From assembly GCF_009914755.1 (NCBI RefSeq), contig NC_060937.1: a stretch of DNA of 64,000 nt. One strand, 5' to 3'. Made by a program: the position numbers and the translations under genes. The notes below the pieces were generated by a model that saw only the letters and a program-made list of their open reading frames with translations, was not told the DNA's origin and made no database searches. Below, one piece after another: positions 12,949 to 25,334 of the stretch. Source of the DNA: the human T2T-CHM13v2.0 reference genome, Homo sapiens. Positions within the stretch are counted from its first letter, which is position 1. Each line of letters opens with the position of its first letter.

Positions 12949-13679
12949 TGTATGCTTTCTGTTTTTACAGGAAGAACCACAACTGTTTAGGTGCATGAAT
13001 TCTACAATTTGTAAAAACTCATTGTTTTTCACCTAGTATATGTAAGAATTGAATAATAACACAGAGAAATAAATTCTAGCATTAAAGAATAAACCAGAAA
13101 TCTCCTTAAAGGAACACAAGTAACAAAGCCTGGCAGGGGTGGGAAACAGCAGAAATTACCACATTTTGCTTGGATCTTGAAAATTGTGAATTCTCAGTGA
13201 AGTCCAATTTTCACTTTTTAATAATGGAGCTCTATAACATCTTAAAACTCTGGGTTTATGTATTTTTATTATCAACTCTATAAATTCAATAAAGAAGTGG
13301 AGTAAAGGTTCAGGACAAGAAGAAGGAGAAAAGAACAGTTAAAAATTTGGGAAATACTAGCACTTCATTCTTTACCAAGTTGTCACTCTATCACTGCAAG
13401 CGTGAGGGTTGGTGAAAAGTATTAAGCAGACTAAGATTGCACCCCAGAGAGCCCAGGCTTATACAACCAGCACACTTCCCCCACTAACTGACATACTCAA
13501 CTAATAACTACTGAATGTTGCCCATTGGCCAGCCGCATCCAACCCTTATCCCACTGCATCCTCAAATCTGCCACCTTACAGATGAAGAAATGGAAATGTA
13601 AACAAGTTAGGTGACTAAGAACAGAGTGTAATGAGCATCGTGGTTGACTCCCTGCCATTCATGCACATCATGCTAATAT

Positions 13680-14054
13680 AAAGTAATCAGGCTACATGAT
13701 CCCCAGCCAAGAATGAGTTCAAGAATATTCCTGGGACATATTTCTGCTGGAAGTCTCCCAGGGAAAGTTTCCCTTTCCTGAGAGCGGGCTCCCCAGTCAG
13801 AGATCTCTCTCTTCTGGTCTAGCAACAATGTGAATGCATTCTGCTCCCGAGGAGAATAACACCGAGGATGGCAAACAGGCAAGGGGGAAAGATGGCAAGC
13901 GTCCTTGATGACACCACTTAGCTGCCAACCCCACCAACCCACAGCTAGCCCAACTTCTGGACTTCGTGTTATGAGATAATAAATTTCCTAAGCATCTGTG
14001 CTGGGATGAGTCAGGTTCTCTTTCATTTTCATCAAAAGCATCTTGGCTGATACA
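13680..14054 (+). mobile_element. MLT1J/K-like LTR, within a MIR
   Basis: cttctggacttcgtgttatgagataataaatttcc...ggctgataca; MIR pieces at about 13500-13630 and 14055-14100. Confidence 0.6.
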
Positions 14055-14177
14055 AAAAGCCAGGATCCAAACCCAGGTCTGTGTGATTACCAAGAACCTA
14101 CTCATTCCAAGAGTTTTCTAGTCTGTCTCTGGTATGCATAAAGTCCCGAAGGGTTTCCAAGTCAACAGCTGCAGTGG

Positions 14178-14370
14178 TCCTGGAGTCAGACAGACTTGGA
14201 CTAAATCCCAGATCTGCCACTAATTAGCTGGGTGATTGTGGGCAAATTACCTCTCCTTTTTATGCCTGTTACCTCATCTGAAAAATGGGGATAATCATTG
14301 CACCTGCCACAAAGAGCTGTTTGAAGACCAAAGGAAATTTCCACACAGTCGGTGCTCAGTGATCATTAGT
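14178..14370 (+). mobile_element. MIR
   Basis: ctggagtcagacagacttgg...cctcatctgaaaaatggggataat. Confidence 0.8.
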
Positions 14371-14481
14371 TTTCATGAGCAGGGGAACTGAATGATTTTT
14401 GGTGGCTAGATTCTTTTGATCAGAATCTTTGTAATGTTTTGAATAGAGTAACATTTACTTTCTCCTGACATATCACATCTA

Positions 14482-14802
<321 letters not shown>

Positions 14803-14929
14803 TTAATGTTTGGCCTTGTCTGAGCTTTTGGCTTTTTAATTAGAAAATGCCTCATTCCTTATTGAAAGAACACATCATTCAAAAAAATATTTGAAATGTC
14901 ACCCATAGTATCATGCTACCTAATTAAAC

Positions 14930-15320
14930 AATTTTTGTTTTTTGATATTACCTCTGGCATGTAAAATGCACATACCTACAATTATAGTGAACATACTGTT
15001 TTGCTTCCTATTATTTTCACTTAAATTATAGCATATATTGACATGTTCTTTATAATTATTTGCCTTAATAGCTTTATAAGATTGATATAATTTACTATAT
15101 ATTCCCCCAGGATTAATATTTTTGACATAAATTGCTTTCTTATTTTTTGTCTTAGAGATGACGCAGCAGTGATCATTTTGGCTTATATATTTTGTTTTCT
15201 GTGCATTATTTCCTAAAGAGAAAATTCCTAGGCATGGAATTCTGGGTCTAGGGCTATGAATTGTCTTAGTGCCTCCTGCTACATAATTCTCTCCAAAAGG
15301 AATGTTCCAGTTTGTCATGT
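14930..15320 (-). mobile_element. Ancient L1ME fragment
   Basis: aaattcctaggcatggaattctgggtctagggctatgaa antisense L1 motif. Confidence 0.55.
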
Positions 15321-16332
15321 GAACTTAATCTTAACTACTCAAGACTGAAATTGAGTTCCTCTAAGCAGTTACTTGGTTTGAAATATCACATGAGCCTTTA
15401 TACTTTGGGGAAATCAGTATTTTGATTGCCTTGCCATGGGTTTCAAGCTTTATAAGTGAAATTCTGCTTTCTTCACTTGAGGGACTAAAAGTTCCCTCTT
15501 GAACCAATCAGTCTTATTTTTCAAAGGCTGTGAACTTTTAAAAGTCTGTCTGGTTTTATCTCCCTATTTTTCTTCATGACTCTGACTTAATTATCATAGA
15601 CCCCCAAGGATGCCTAAATGCCTCAAGGACACCATTTTAAATGGATGATCAAACCCAACTTCCTACTTCTCTGTGAGAGGCACATTTCTAATCTGGGAGT
15701 GAGTAGTACAATCACTCTGTCCAGACGGAGTAACACCGGTTTCCTATAGCAAAAGCCTAGGTCCTTGGAAAACCACTGACTGCTTCATGAATTCCTTGGA
15801 CATTAATTGGTGAAGTAACTAAGAAAAATGCACCCCACACAAAGTTTATTGTGGACCCCTCCTCATTCTCCCATGCAGCAAAAACAACTAAGCTTCTTTT
15901 CCCTTTGAGCAGGACAGTGGGTTTGGCTGTGCCAGGATGAGTCTCCCGGGGGTAGAGAAAGCCTGAGTATTTTTCTCTGGTGCTAAATTTACCTGACTCC
16001 AGGGCAGATGCCTCCAAGTCATAGGCAAGGGGGTTAACACACTTGGATGCTCCTAAAGGGACTTTGTCCAGCCTGCTGTGAGGTCTTTCCACCTTCTCAT
16101 GTTTCTAACATGACCATAAAATCAAATCTAAATGCAAACATTAAAATGCAAGGCACTATGACTAGGTCTAGGGTAGTCATTCAAGTGATGTGGAGCAGGC
16201 TTATGTTTTTTTCTCCCTCCAGATTATCATAGACATGGGAACACAACATTTAAACGCCCTGGTAGAATTTCAAAAGTATGTCTAGAGATCCTAATGGAGT
16301 CACAAACCCCAGATTATGACACACATCAAGTT

Positions 16333-16588
16333 CAAGGGTCTAGAAACTTTTTCTGGAAAAGGTCAGATAGTAAATAATTTAGACTTTGGGGGCCATATGG
16401 TCTTTGTTCTAACCAATTCTACCAGCATGCAAGCAGCCATAGGCATTTGGTAAGCAAATGGGGCACAGAATTTTTTATTTCTTGTAGAGACAGGGTCTTG
16501 CTATGTTGCCCAGCCATGTTCCAATAAAACTTTATTAACAAACACAAGCACTGGATTTGGCCTGAAGGCCATAGTTTGCCAATCCCTA
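16333..16588 (-). mobile_element. MER58A (hAT-Charlie MITE) containing a 45-nt Alu/FLAM fragment (16469-16513)
   Basis: aaaggtcagatagtaaata, tgttccaataaaactttatt, ggccatagtttgccaatcccta; degenerate TIRs. Confidence 0.82.
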
Positions 16589-17459
16589 CTCTACTTACTG
16601 TGTGAATGATAAGATGGGAAGACCTCCTGACTATCAGCTCTGTATTCTTCCAATTTTCAGTTTGTGTTTGGTTCACATCTTCAATGTATGTCTTTATCAT
16701 GGGATTTAGAAAGTGGATGTTCATTCAACCAGGCATATAAGATTTTTCGTTGCCTACAGTTCTGCTCTTAATTAGCCCTATCTCCATTAAGTATGACTCA
16801 AGACTACATTTCTTGATAACGTAGATGAAATTGGTTAAGAAAATTAAAAACTGGAAAGAGACAGGCAATACAAATCAGTTTTCAAGAATTTGTGATGAGC
16901 AATTGAATCCAGCCTTTTCTTTGAGATGTGAGCAGACTCTGTTTTGAATGGCTTCTCTGCGGATAAGTAGACTTGAAAGCAGGGAAGCTGTCTGATGCAG
17001 CAGAGAGGTTGTGATGTTGAGGTAATTATTGATGCCACCAATATCTGCCTGTGTGACCTTTCCTTGCACAAGTTATTTAATTTCCCTGGGATTTGGTTTC
17101 CCCTTATATAAAGTAAGGGATTTGGATTAGATGAATTGGATTAGATGAGTCCTAAATCTGCTCAAGCTTTGAACATTTAAAATTTTGTATCAAGCAATCT
17201 ATGCTGAGAGCTTTACAACATATCAGAAAGCAAGCGATTTAGAGAGAGTTCTGCCTCTTGTGAAGCTCAAATGCACATCCTACGAAGGCTTCTCACTTTG
17301 GTTTTCCCTAAAACCAGGACATTTTAGTCATCTTAGGAATCTCAATTATTATGAAAAGTTTCCCAACTTAACAGGGACAGATTTTCATAAACATAGAAGG
17401 GTGGGGGTGTCAGAAAACTTTACTAACAGAAGGTACTTCAAATGGAGAAATATAGTGGG

Positions 17460-17947
17460 TGTTTTAGTCAAGGTTATCCAGGAAAACAGAACCAATAGAA
17501 TATATAGAGAGAGACATATATAAGAAGAGATGTAGAAATTGGTTCATGCAATTATGGAGACCAAGAAGCTCCGTGATCTACCACTGCAAGCTGAAGACCA
17601 GGAAAGCTGGTGGCATAACTCAGTCAGAAGGCCTGAGAGTAGGGGGCGAGGAGGTGAGAAAGAGGATGGTAATAGTGTAAGTCCCTGTCTGAGTCCAAAA
17701 GACGGATGTCTCAGCTCAAGCAGAGAGAGCAAATTGGCCCCTTCTTCACCTTTTTGTTCTATTCAGGCCCTCAAATAATTGGAAAATGCCCAGGCATGGT
17801 GGAGGGCCATCTGCTTTATTTTGTTCACCAAGTCAAATGCTAATTTCTTCCCAAAATACCCTCACCGACTCACCAGGAATAATGTTTTACCAGCTATCTG
17901 GGCATCCCTTAGCCCAGTCAAGTTAACACACAAAATTAACCATCATG
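17460..17947 (-). mobile_element. MLT2 (B/C-like) solo LTR
   Basis: agcccagtcaagttaacacacaaaattaaccatca terminus; aacagaaccaatagaatatatagagag. Confidence 0.85.
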
Positions 17948-19659
17948 GTGGAAGGATGGAGGCATCACCCTACAGCCATAGTTCTGAATCCTGTTTTGGT
18001 TTGTACCAGTCTCCAATGGTTCATTAACAGTAAATACTATGGCAAATATGCAATGAAGATTTTTTCATTAAATATTTAAATTTTAGCATGGCATTTGATT
18101 TATACTTTTCAATTGATTGGTCCTTCACAACCATGGATTCATAGTTTAAAATGAGGTCATGTCAAAATGGAAGAATAGTGACTATGGTAAACACAATGAC
18201 TCAGACTAATCCAAGGATTCATATTGACAAGTGGGCTATAAAAATGTAGATACATCAGCCTACCATTTAGCCCAATATTAGCAATTTAGTTTCAGCAAAA
18301 CATCACCTAACACATGAAATCAGTGTTGTTAACTTGAATGTTATTGTTGGTGTTGTCTTGTTTGTATTTAATTAGTGCATTTTTAATGGTTCTATAATAA
18401 ACATAATCATAAGAAATGTATGGCTACTTTCATATTTGTGCATTTTTATGTAATGCTATAATAAAAATAATTTAAATCAAAAGTTGGGATCTCCAAGAAT
18501 TTTTTTCAAAGATATTCATCCTCAGGTTCTCCAAACATCACAGTAAATGAATGTGAAGTTTATTTCTTCATATATCAGATGGAGATGATAATTGTTTAGT
18601 TCACAAGGCTATTAAGAAGATGAAATGTGATAACAGTTGAAAGAGGTCTGGAAAGTATAATTTGTTACATAAAATCAAGGAAGTAAAACAGTATTTACTA
18701 TAAAACAAGCACAAGTAAAAAAACAAAACAGCTAGCCAGTATCTACCTCCCAGCCTGTGTGTTCAGGCCTCTTGGCAGAAATGTACTTACAGGTAAAGAG
18801 TAATGACTTATAACCTAGATGTGTTCCTTGGGGATTCCCATACATGCGGCAGAATTTAACCTGCCTCATTGCATCACTGTCTCTGTAAACACATAGAAAC
18901 AAGTTTACTCAGGGCTCCGCTCAGCTATTTGGGAAAAAACCAGGTCCAGGTAAATGCAGCTGCCCACTCATGAAACTGAAGCTTCCCAGAACTGTTTACA
19001 AGCACCTGATTACAGAAGAAGGCTTGAAATCTAAGCTGAAAAGCCTTTTGACAAAGGCAGGTAGGCAAGATTTTCTACAGCATGGTCTTTAGCACCAAGG
19101 GATCCAAATGCTCTGCCTTTCCTAAAGCACTGCAAGCCGGTCGGGACTCAGGGAGGTGAATGCATGCGGGGCCTGCAAGGCAGGCTTCTAGACAGCTCAA
19201 AGCATGAAGGACAGTGAGGGGGAGCAAGGGAATACCAAGACGTATCAGGATTTCTGCATGAAGCTACTCACTAATGCCCAGGTATTGGTATTTACTAAAG
19301 AGAGGGTGGGTCACTTCCACCAATTAAAATAAAATTTGGGTAAGCCAAACATTACCTAGTAATTGCAGAAATTTAAAATGTGATATCTAGCACGAGATTT
19401 GCCACTCTTTACTCAAGGTGAGTCAATTCTTATTTCTTGGGTATCCAGAGAATGCCTAGGTACTTATTCCTGGCCAATAAAAGTTCTTAAAGCCCCCAAG
19501 AATTCTTTTGAATTTTACAATGAGGTTGAATTATGATCTTTAATTTAAGACAGATATCTGAATTATACTAAGGGCTTTTCTAAAAATCACTGAGTAAAAC
19601 TAGTATTTACAATTACTGGTTCCTTCAATCTTCTCAAATGCATGACAAATTGCTCTAAG

Positions 19660-19790
19660 CAAGTGGATTGCCACATTGTGTCAGGAGCTACCTGCACTCC
19701 CTCTTCCCTCTTTGCAAGCTGGGTGGTGAGTGATCCAGCTTCACAACCCCACCTTATTGCCTGCTTTCCTGAACCACTCCTGGTACCAAC
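19660..19790 (-). mobile_element. ERVL (ERV3-16A3-like) internal 5' leader with tRNA-Leu PBS
   Basis: Minus strand GTTGGTACCAGGAGTGGTTCAGGAAAGCAG...GCTGGATCACTCACCACCCAGC directly after the LTR end. Confidence 0.75.
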
Positions 19791-20200
19791 TCCTGCAGTT
19801 CAGTGGTGATTCTGGATTCTCCAGAAGCAACCTCTGAGATAGAATTTGATGTACAGAGTATTTATTGGAGATCGACAGCTGTGGAAGAGACGGGGAGGAG
19901 GATTTTCCAGAGGGGAAAACAAACCAATGCTGGCACAGCAAAATCTTGGCCAGCCCCACAAGCAGCTCACTGTGGAGGGCAAATAACCTATCAAGGTTGT
20001 CTCACATGGGGCTGAAATGGATAGGCTTGCATACTCACCTCAATCAGTCACTGGATGTGGGCTGCCCTCGGAGGAAGCAGCTTTCTGCAGCTCAGGCAAA
20101 CCCTAAAGGAGCCAACAGCTTGAAGATACATGCTGATGAGAAGGGCAACAAGCCATTCCTTGAAGGGAGGCTCTGAGCAATGCAATTTTGTATCCACCAC
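19791..20200 (-). mobile_element. LTR16A/B-like LTR (ERVL)
   Basis: Minus strand starts TGTGGTGGATAC; contains GCAGCCCACATCCAGTGACTGATT, AATAAA and ATCTCAGAGGTTGCTTCTGGAGAATCC. Confidence 0.8.
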
Positions 20201-21957
20201 AGTCCACCTCTTGCACTGCTCTGATCCACTATAGCGTATCCATTTGGGGGACAACCACAACCCCTTTAGGATCCATTCTAGTGGAATGAACTGTAGCCCC
20301 CAATGCTGCACCTGTTATCAAGAACACAGCAATAAGCAGCATTTCCCTTTACTGCTCCCCTTTCTTGATTCCTCTTATCTTCAGCCACCACATCTGCTGA
20401 CCCCCGTGACTTCCCTGGTGTCATGAACCCAACTCTCTTTCCTGAAGAATTTGAGTCTCTGGCCACCATGACCTTCTCAGGCCAGAGTTGTAGCACTTTT
20501 TTATTTACCATCACAGTGGAGCAAGGGAATATCAAGATGTACCCAAGTATATCATCTGCAGGCCACTCATCTCCCTCCTGGCTCCACTGGGTAATGAGAT
20601 CCCTACTTTCCCTGCCGAGATGGTGACTCTTGTTCTGCTGGTACCTAGATACCCGGAGTCCAAAATTCCCAGTTAGCAGCCATAGCTTTATATTTAATGG
20701 GATTCTTATGTGTCCAGTTTTGGAGACCATAACCTCTAACCCTGAAGAACTCAGATTTGTGGGAGTGGGAAGGAAAAATTTCCGTCCCCCAACAGTGGGC
20801 TATTGGGAGTGATGGTAAATGTCACTATTATGTTTCTACCTCTTTGTTCCCAGACCCATGTATTCTTCCCATTGTGGACATAGCATTACATAAAAATCTT
20901 TGATTCAATATGTATCCTGGAGGATGGAGCCTCATCTTTGTAGATTATCATCTTGGAGCTGGCTCTATAACTCTGCCTGCAACAGACCATCCAAAAGATC
21001 TGTCAGGCTAGCAGCTTCTGAGTGGCATTGTATACAGTATAACCAGTGGGTCCTATATTCACAGGGCCCTCTCTCACATGTCCTTGCTAAGAAAAGGATT
21101 TCTGGTCAGTTGCCATATTGTATGGGATTCGATGTTGGTGGTTCAAAAACTCTGTTAAGTCCTCAGATAGTAGTGCTGGCTGAGGACCTGTGGTCAAGAA
21201 AAAGAAAACCTATACTTAGAATATGTAACTCCTATTAGAACAAAGATTTGACTCTTCCAGGAGCCCAGTGTAAGCAAGTTGCCACCAAGTGGCTGGCTCC
21301 ATATTGAGGGGCCAGAGTTCATCTCTGTAGCTGGCAAGCTAATATTTGGAAGCAGCAGTAACTAAATCAGCCTTAGTAAGTGGAAGCCCATTCTGCTGAG
21401 CCAATATGAACCCTCCATCTTTTCTACCACGGCTACTCCATTCACATCCATCAGGCCACCACTGGGATCACCAATGATCAAATTGGGCTGATGATGACTG
21501 GCTGTGCCATTCTGCCCACTTGGTTTCTTAGTGCCTCTTCTGTGGTTCTCAGGAGGGCTTTCAAACATGATACAAACATCATACTTTGATCTCACACAGA
21601 TATGTCTTCCATAAAAGGGTCTCTACTCCAGACATTATTCTAATCTTTCTCTTTCCAAGCTTGACCACCCATCCAATCTATTCATCACTGCCCAGAAGTT
21701 TATATATATATATATATATTCTAACACCTGGCCACTTCTCTTTCCACATCAAGTGGATGGCCAGTGCACCACCTGAAGCCCCACACATTGGGAGGATTTT
21801 TCCCTAGTAGCCATCTTTCAAGACCACTTCCAAGTAAGGCCGAAATCCCGGTGTCATCCATTTTCAGTTGACAAGCACCCACTTAGTTGACCTAGCTGTA
21901 AACCAATGTCGAATTTTTCCTGCTCTGACAACCGATGGTAAAGGATTCCCCATAAGG
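20201..21957 (-). mobile_element. ERVL (ERV3-16A3-like) internal region: decayed pol (RNase H/integrase) and dUTPase remnants
   Basis: ORF 20278-20730 has IPLNIKLWLLTGNFGL and ILGYILIFPCSTVMVN (ERVL dUTPase-like); RNase H-like DNA near 21780-21950; purine-rich tract GCAAGAGGTGGAC abuts the LTR; many stops and frameshifts. Confidence 0.8.
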
Positions 21958-22475
21958 TTTTTGCTAACACATGTAAAGGACCTGATCATATATGATCAAC
22001 TTAGGGGTTAGATATGTAGTCATGATAAAGTCACTTTTCCATCTTGTGCCTTTATTTTGGATCTGTATTTAAAAGGTGCTGGGAGAGTCCTCTCTGCTTC
22101 ATATTCTTCAAGAAGGCATGAGGATTAAGATCATATATGTGAAGTGTTTGTGACCTTGGAAGGAAGAACCTCGCAGAGAGTCATCATCATTGTTAAAGTT
22201 GGGTTTGGCAAGGCCTGCTGAGATTTCATTTTAGTGTTTAAACAAGCGATGGGTGAGGTTCTCAAAAAGAGAAAGAGAGAGAGAAGCCAAGTCAGGATAC
22301 AAGGATGTGTCCAGACAGTGCCTGGTTTGCATCAGTAAACAAATGCCAAGGTGGTGACTAGATGTCCTGGTGCTGGTGGGCAGCACTTCAGTGATGTCTG
22401 CTGGTGGGGTCGCTGCTGACTGACTCTGTTCATCCTTGAAGTCAGTAGGATTCCCATGGAGATCTATATACAGGC

Positions 22476-22477
<2 letters not shown>

Positions 22478-22517
<40 letters not shown>
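22478..22517 (+). repeat. (TG)20 microsatellite
   Basis: Direct read. Confidence 0.97.
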
Positions 22518-22518
<1 letters not shown>

Positions 22519-22786
22519 ATGTGCATGCGCATGTCTTTGGGGGACAGAGAAAGGACAAAGGAGAACCCATTTTCACTACTTCTCTTTCATGCATTTGACG
22601 GTCTATCTCACTCCAGTTGGTAAAAGTGTAATAACCACCCATTACGAGAACTGTTTTAACTTCTACCCATTGTTTTAAGACTTTGTGCTGAGTGCTCTCA
22701 GGCAGCAAAAGGCTACACTACATGGGCCTGGCTTTGAGGGGACTTCAAACAAGCCAGTGCAGAAAAGCAAAATGCCTCCCACTAGG

Positions 22787-22948
22787 TCGCACTTCTCCAA
22801 CACTCATTGCAAAGGAATCACCTGGGATCCTGTGAAAATGCAGACTCTGACTCAGGAGGCCTGAGTGGGGCCTGAGCCCTGTGTTTCTAACAGAACCCCA
22901 GGACTACAGGATGCTGTAGTCCACAGACCCCACTGTGAGCAGTGATGA
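22787..22948. mobile_element. MER5A/B MITE
   Basis: gaatcacctgggatcctgtgaaaatgcagactctg...tttctaacagaaccccagg. Confidence 0.8.
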
Positions 22949-23492
22949 GCCCAGGCTGAGAGGAGGAAGGGTCTTGGAAGTCAGGAGCCTAGGAGGCTGC
23001 TCTGGAGTGGCAAGGGTGGGGTGCACAGTAAGGTAGGTCAAGGGCTTAACCCTCATATGGGGCGGACATGCTTGTAAAAGGGCACACATTGAGCAAAGGC
23101 TTAGAGAAGGGGATGCCAAGAGATTCAGGGTGTAGCTCCTGGGTCCTGGCTCCCTTGGCAAGTCCTGCAGCAGGAGAAAGGGGGGATGTTGAGAAAGGGC
23201 TGTCAGGCCTAGAAAGGGGGTGGTCTGGAGCACTGAGGTGGTGACTCAGTCCTTTTGCTAAGCGGAAGCCATGGAGGATTCTTCTCTTTAGTGTTGCTGT
23301 TATTGGTGCTGGTAAAAGTAGAGTTAGCTGGTCATGTTGAGCAGGCACTTTCAAGCAGGAAAAATGGAAAAGAAGACCTGTTAAGTATCGTGAAGAAAGT
23401 GGCTGACAGAGAAGATGAAGGGCCCTTTGACAGAAATAATGAAATCATGAGTTATTTAGGGTAGGAGCAGTCGGCAATAAAAGGGGCTGAAT

Positions 23493-23842
23493 CCATGTGA
23501 AATTTAAAGTAGTTTTTTCTAGTTCTGTGAAGAAAGTCAATGGTAGCTTGATGGGAATGGCACTGAATCTATAAATTACTTTGGGCAATATGGCCATTTT
23601 CATGATATTGATTCTTCCTATCCATTAGCATGGAATGTTTTTCCATTTGTTTGTGTCCTCTCTTATTTCCTTGAGCAGTGATTTGTAGTTCTCCTTGAAG
23701 AGGTCCTTCACGTCCTTTGTAAGTTGTATTCCTAGGTATTTTATTTTCTTTGTAGCAATTGTGATGGGAGTTCACTCATGATTTGGCTTGCTGTTTGTCT
23801 ATTATTGCTGTAAAGGAATGCTTGGAATTTTTGCACATTGAT
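23493..23842 (-). mobile_element. L1PA7-like element, inverted 5' segment (ORF2)
   Basis: Antisense L1 ORF2 sequence from tccatgtgaaatttaaag to gcacattgat. Confidence 0.93.
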
Positions 23843-25334
23843 GTATAGCCAAGACAATCCTAAGCAAAAAGAACAAAGCTGGAGGCATCATGCTACCTGA
23901 CTTCAAACTATACTACAAGGCTACAGTAACTAAAACAGCATGGTACTGGTACCAAAACAGATATATAGACCAAGGGAACAGAACAGAGGCCTCAGAAATA
24001 ACACCGCACATCTACAACCATCTGATCTTTGACAAAACTAACAAAAACAAGCAATGGGGAAAGGATTCCCTATTTAATAAATGGTGCTGAGAAAACTGGC
24101 TAGCCATATGCAGAAAACTGAAACTAGACCCCTTCCTTACACCTTATACAAAAATTAACTCAGGATGGATTAAAGACTTAAACATAAAACCTAGAACCAT
24201 AAAAACCCTAGAGGAAAACCTAGGCAAAACCATTCAGGACATAGGCATGGGCAAAGACTTCATGACTAAACACCAAAAGCTATGGCAACAAAAGCCAAAA
24301 TTGACAAATGGGATCTAATTAAACTAACGAGCTTCTGCACAACAAAAGAAACTATCATCAGAGTGAAGAGGCAACCTACAGAATGGGAGAAAATTTTTGC
24401 AATCTACCCATCTGACAAAGGGCTAATATCCAGAATCTAACAAATTTACAAGAAAAAAACAAACAGCCCCATCAAAAAGTGGGCAAAGGATATGAACAGA
24501 CACTTCTCAAAAGAAGACATTTATGTGGCCAACACACATGTGAAAAGAAGCTCATCATCACTGGTCATTAGAGAAATGCAAATCAAAACCACAATGAGAT
24601 ACCATCTCACGCCAGTTAGAATGGTGATCATTAAAAAGTCAGGAAACAACAGATGCTAGAGAGGATGTGGAGAAATAGGAATGCTTTTATATTGTTGGTG
24701 GGAGTGTAAATTAGCTCAACTATTGTGGAAGACAGTGTGGTGATTCCTCAAGGAGCTAGAACCAGAAATACTATTTGACCCAGCAATCCCATTACTGGGT
24801 ATATACCCAGAGGATTATAAATCATTCTACTATAAAGATACATGCACATGTATGTTTATTGCAGCACTATTCACAATAGCAAAGTCTTGGAACCAAACCA
24901 AATGCCCATCAATGATAGACTGGATAAAGAAAATCTGGCATATATACACTGTGGAATACTATACAGCCATAAAAAAGAATGAGTTTGTGTCCTTTGCAGG
25001 GACATGGATGAAGCTGCAAATCATCATTCTCAGCAAACTAACACAGGAATAGAAAACCAAACACTGCATGTTCACTCATAAGTGGGAGCTGAACAGTGAG
25101 AACACATGGACACAGGGAGGGGAACATCACATACTAGGGCCTGTCAAGGGGTGGGGGGCTAGGGGAGGAAGAGCATTAGGACAAATACCTAATGCATGTG
25201 GGGCTTAAAACCCAGATGATGGGTTGATGGGTGCAGTAAACCACCATGGTGCATCTACACCTATGTAACAAACCTACACGTTCTGCACATGTATCCCAGA
25301 ACTTAAAGTATAATTAAAAAAAAAGAAAGAAAAA
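23843..25334 (+). mobile_element. L1PA7-like element, sense segment (ORF2 C-terminus, 3'UTR, poly(A))
   Basis: [23 protein letters not shown] and MFIAALFTIAK ORF2 peptides; 3'UTR aatgcatgtggggcttaaaacc; TSD core GGGGCTGAA. Confidence 0.95.

Noticed and set aside
17950-18520. AT-rich block resembling a hAT-Charlie fragment
   Set aside because: Family and boundaries cannot be supported by eye
20278-20730. 150-aa ORF as a domesticated retroviral dUTPase
   Set aside because: Similarity is patchy and drifts out of frame; catalytic motifs are not intact
23890-25052. L1 ORF2 peptides as functional CDS
   Set aside because: 5'-truncated, inverted element with stops and frameshifts
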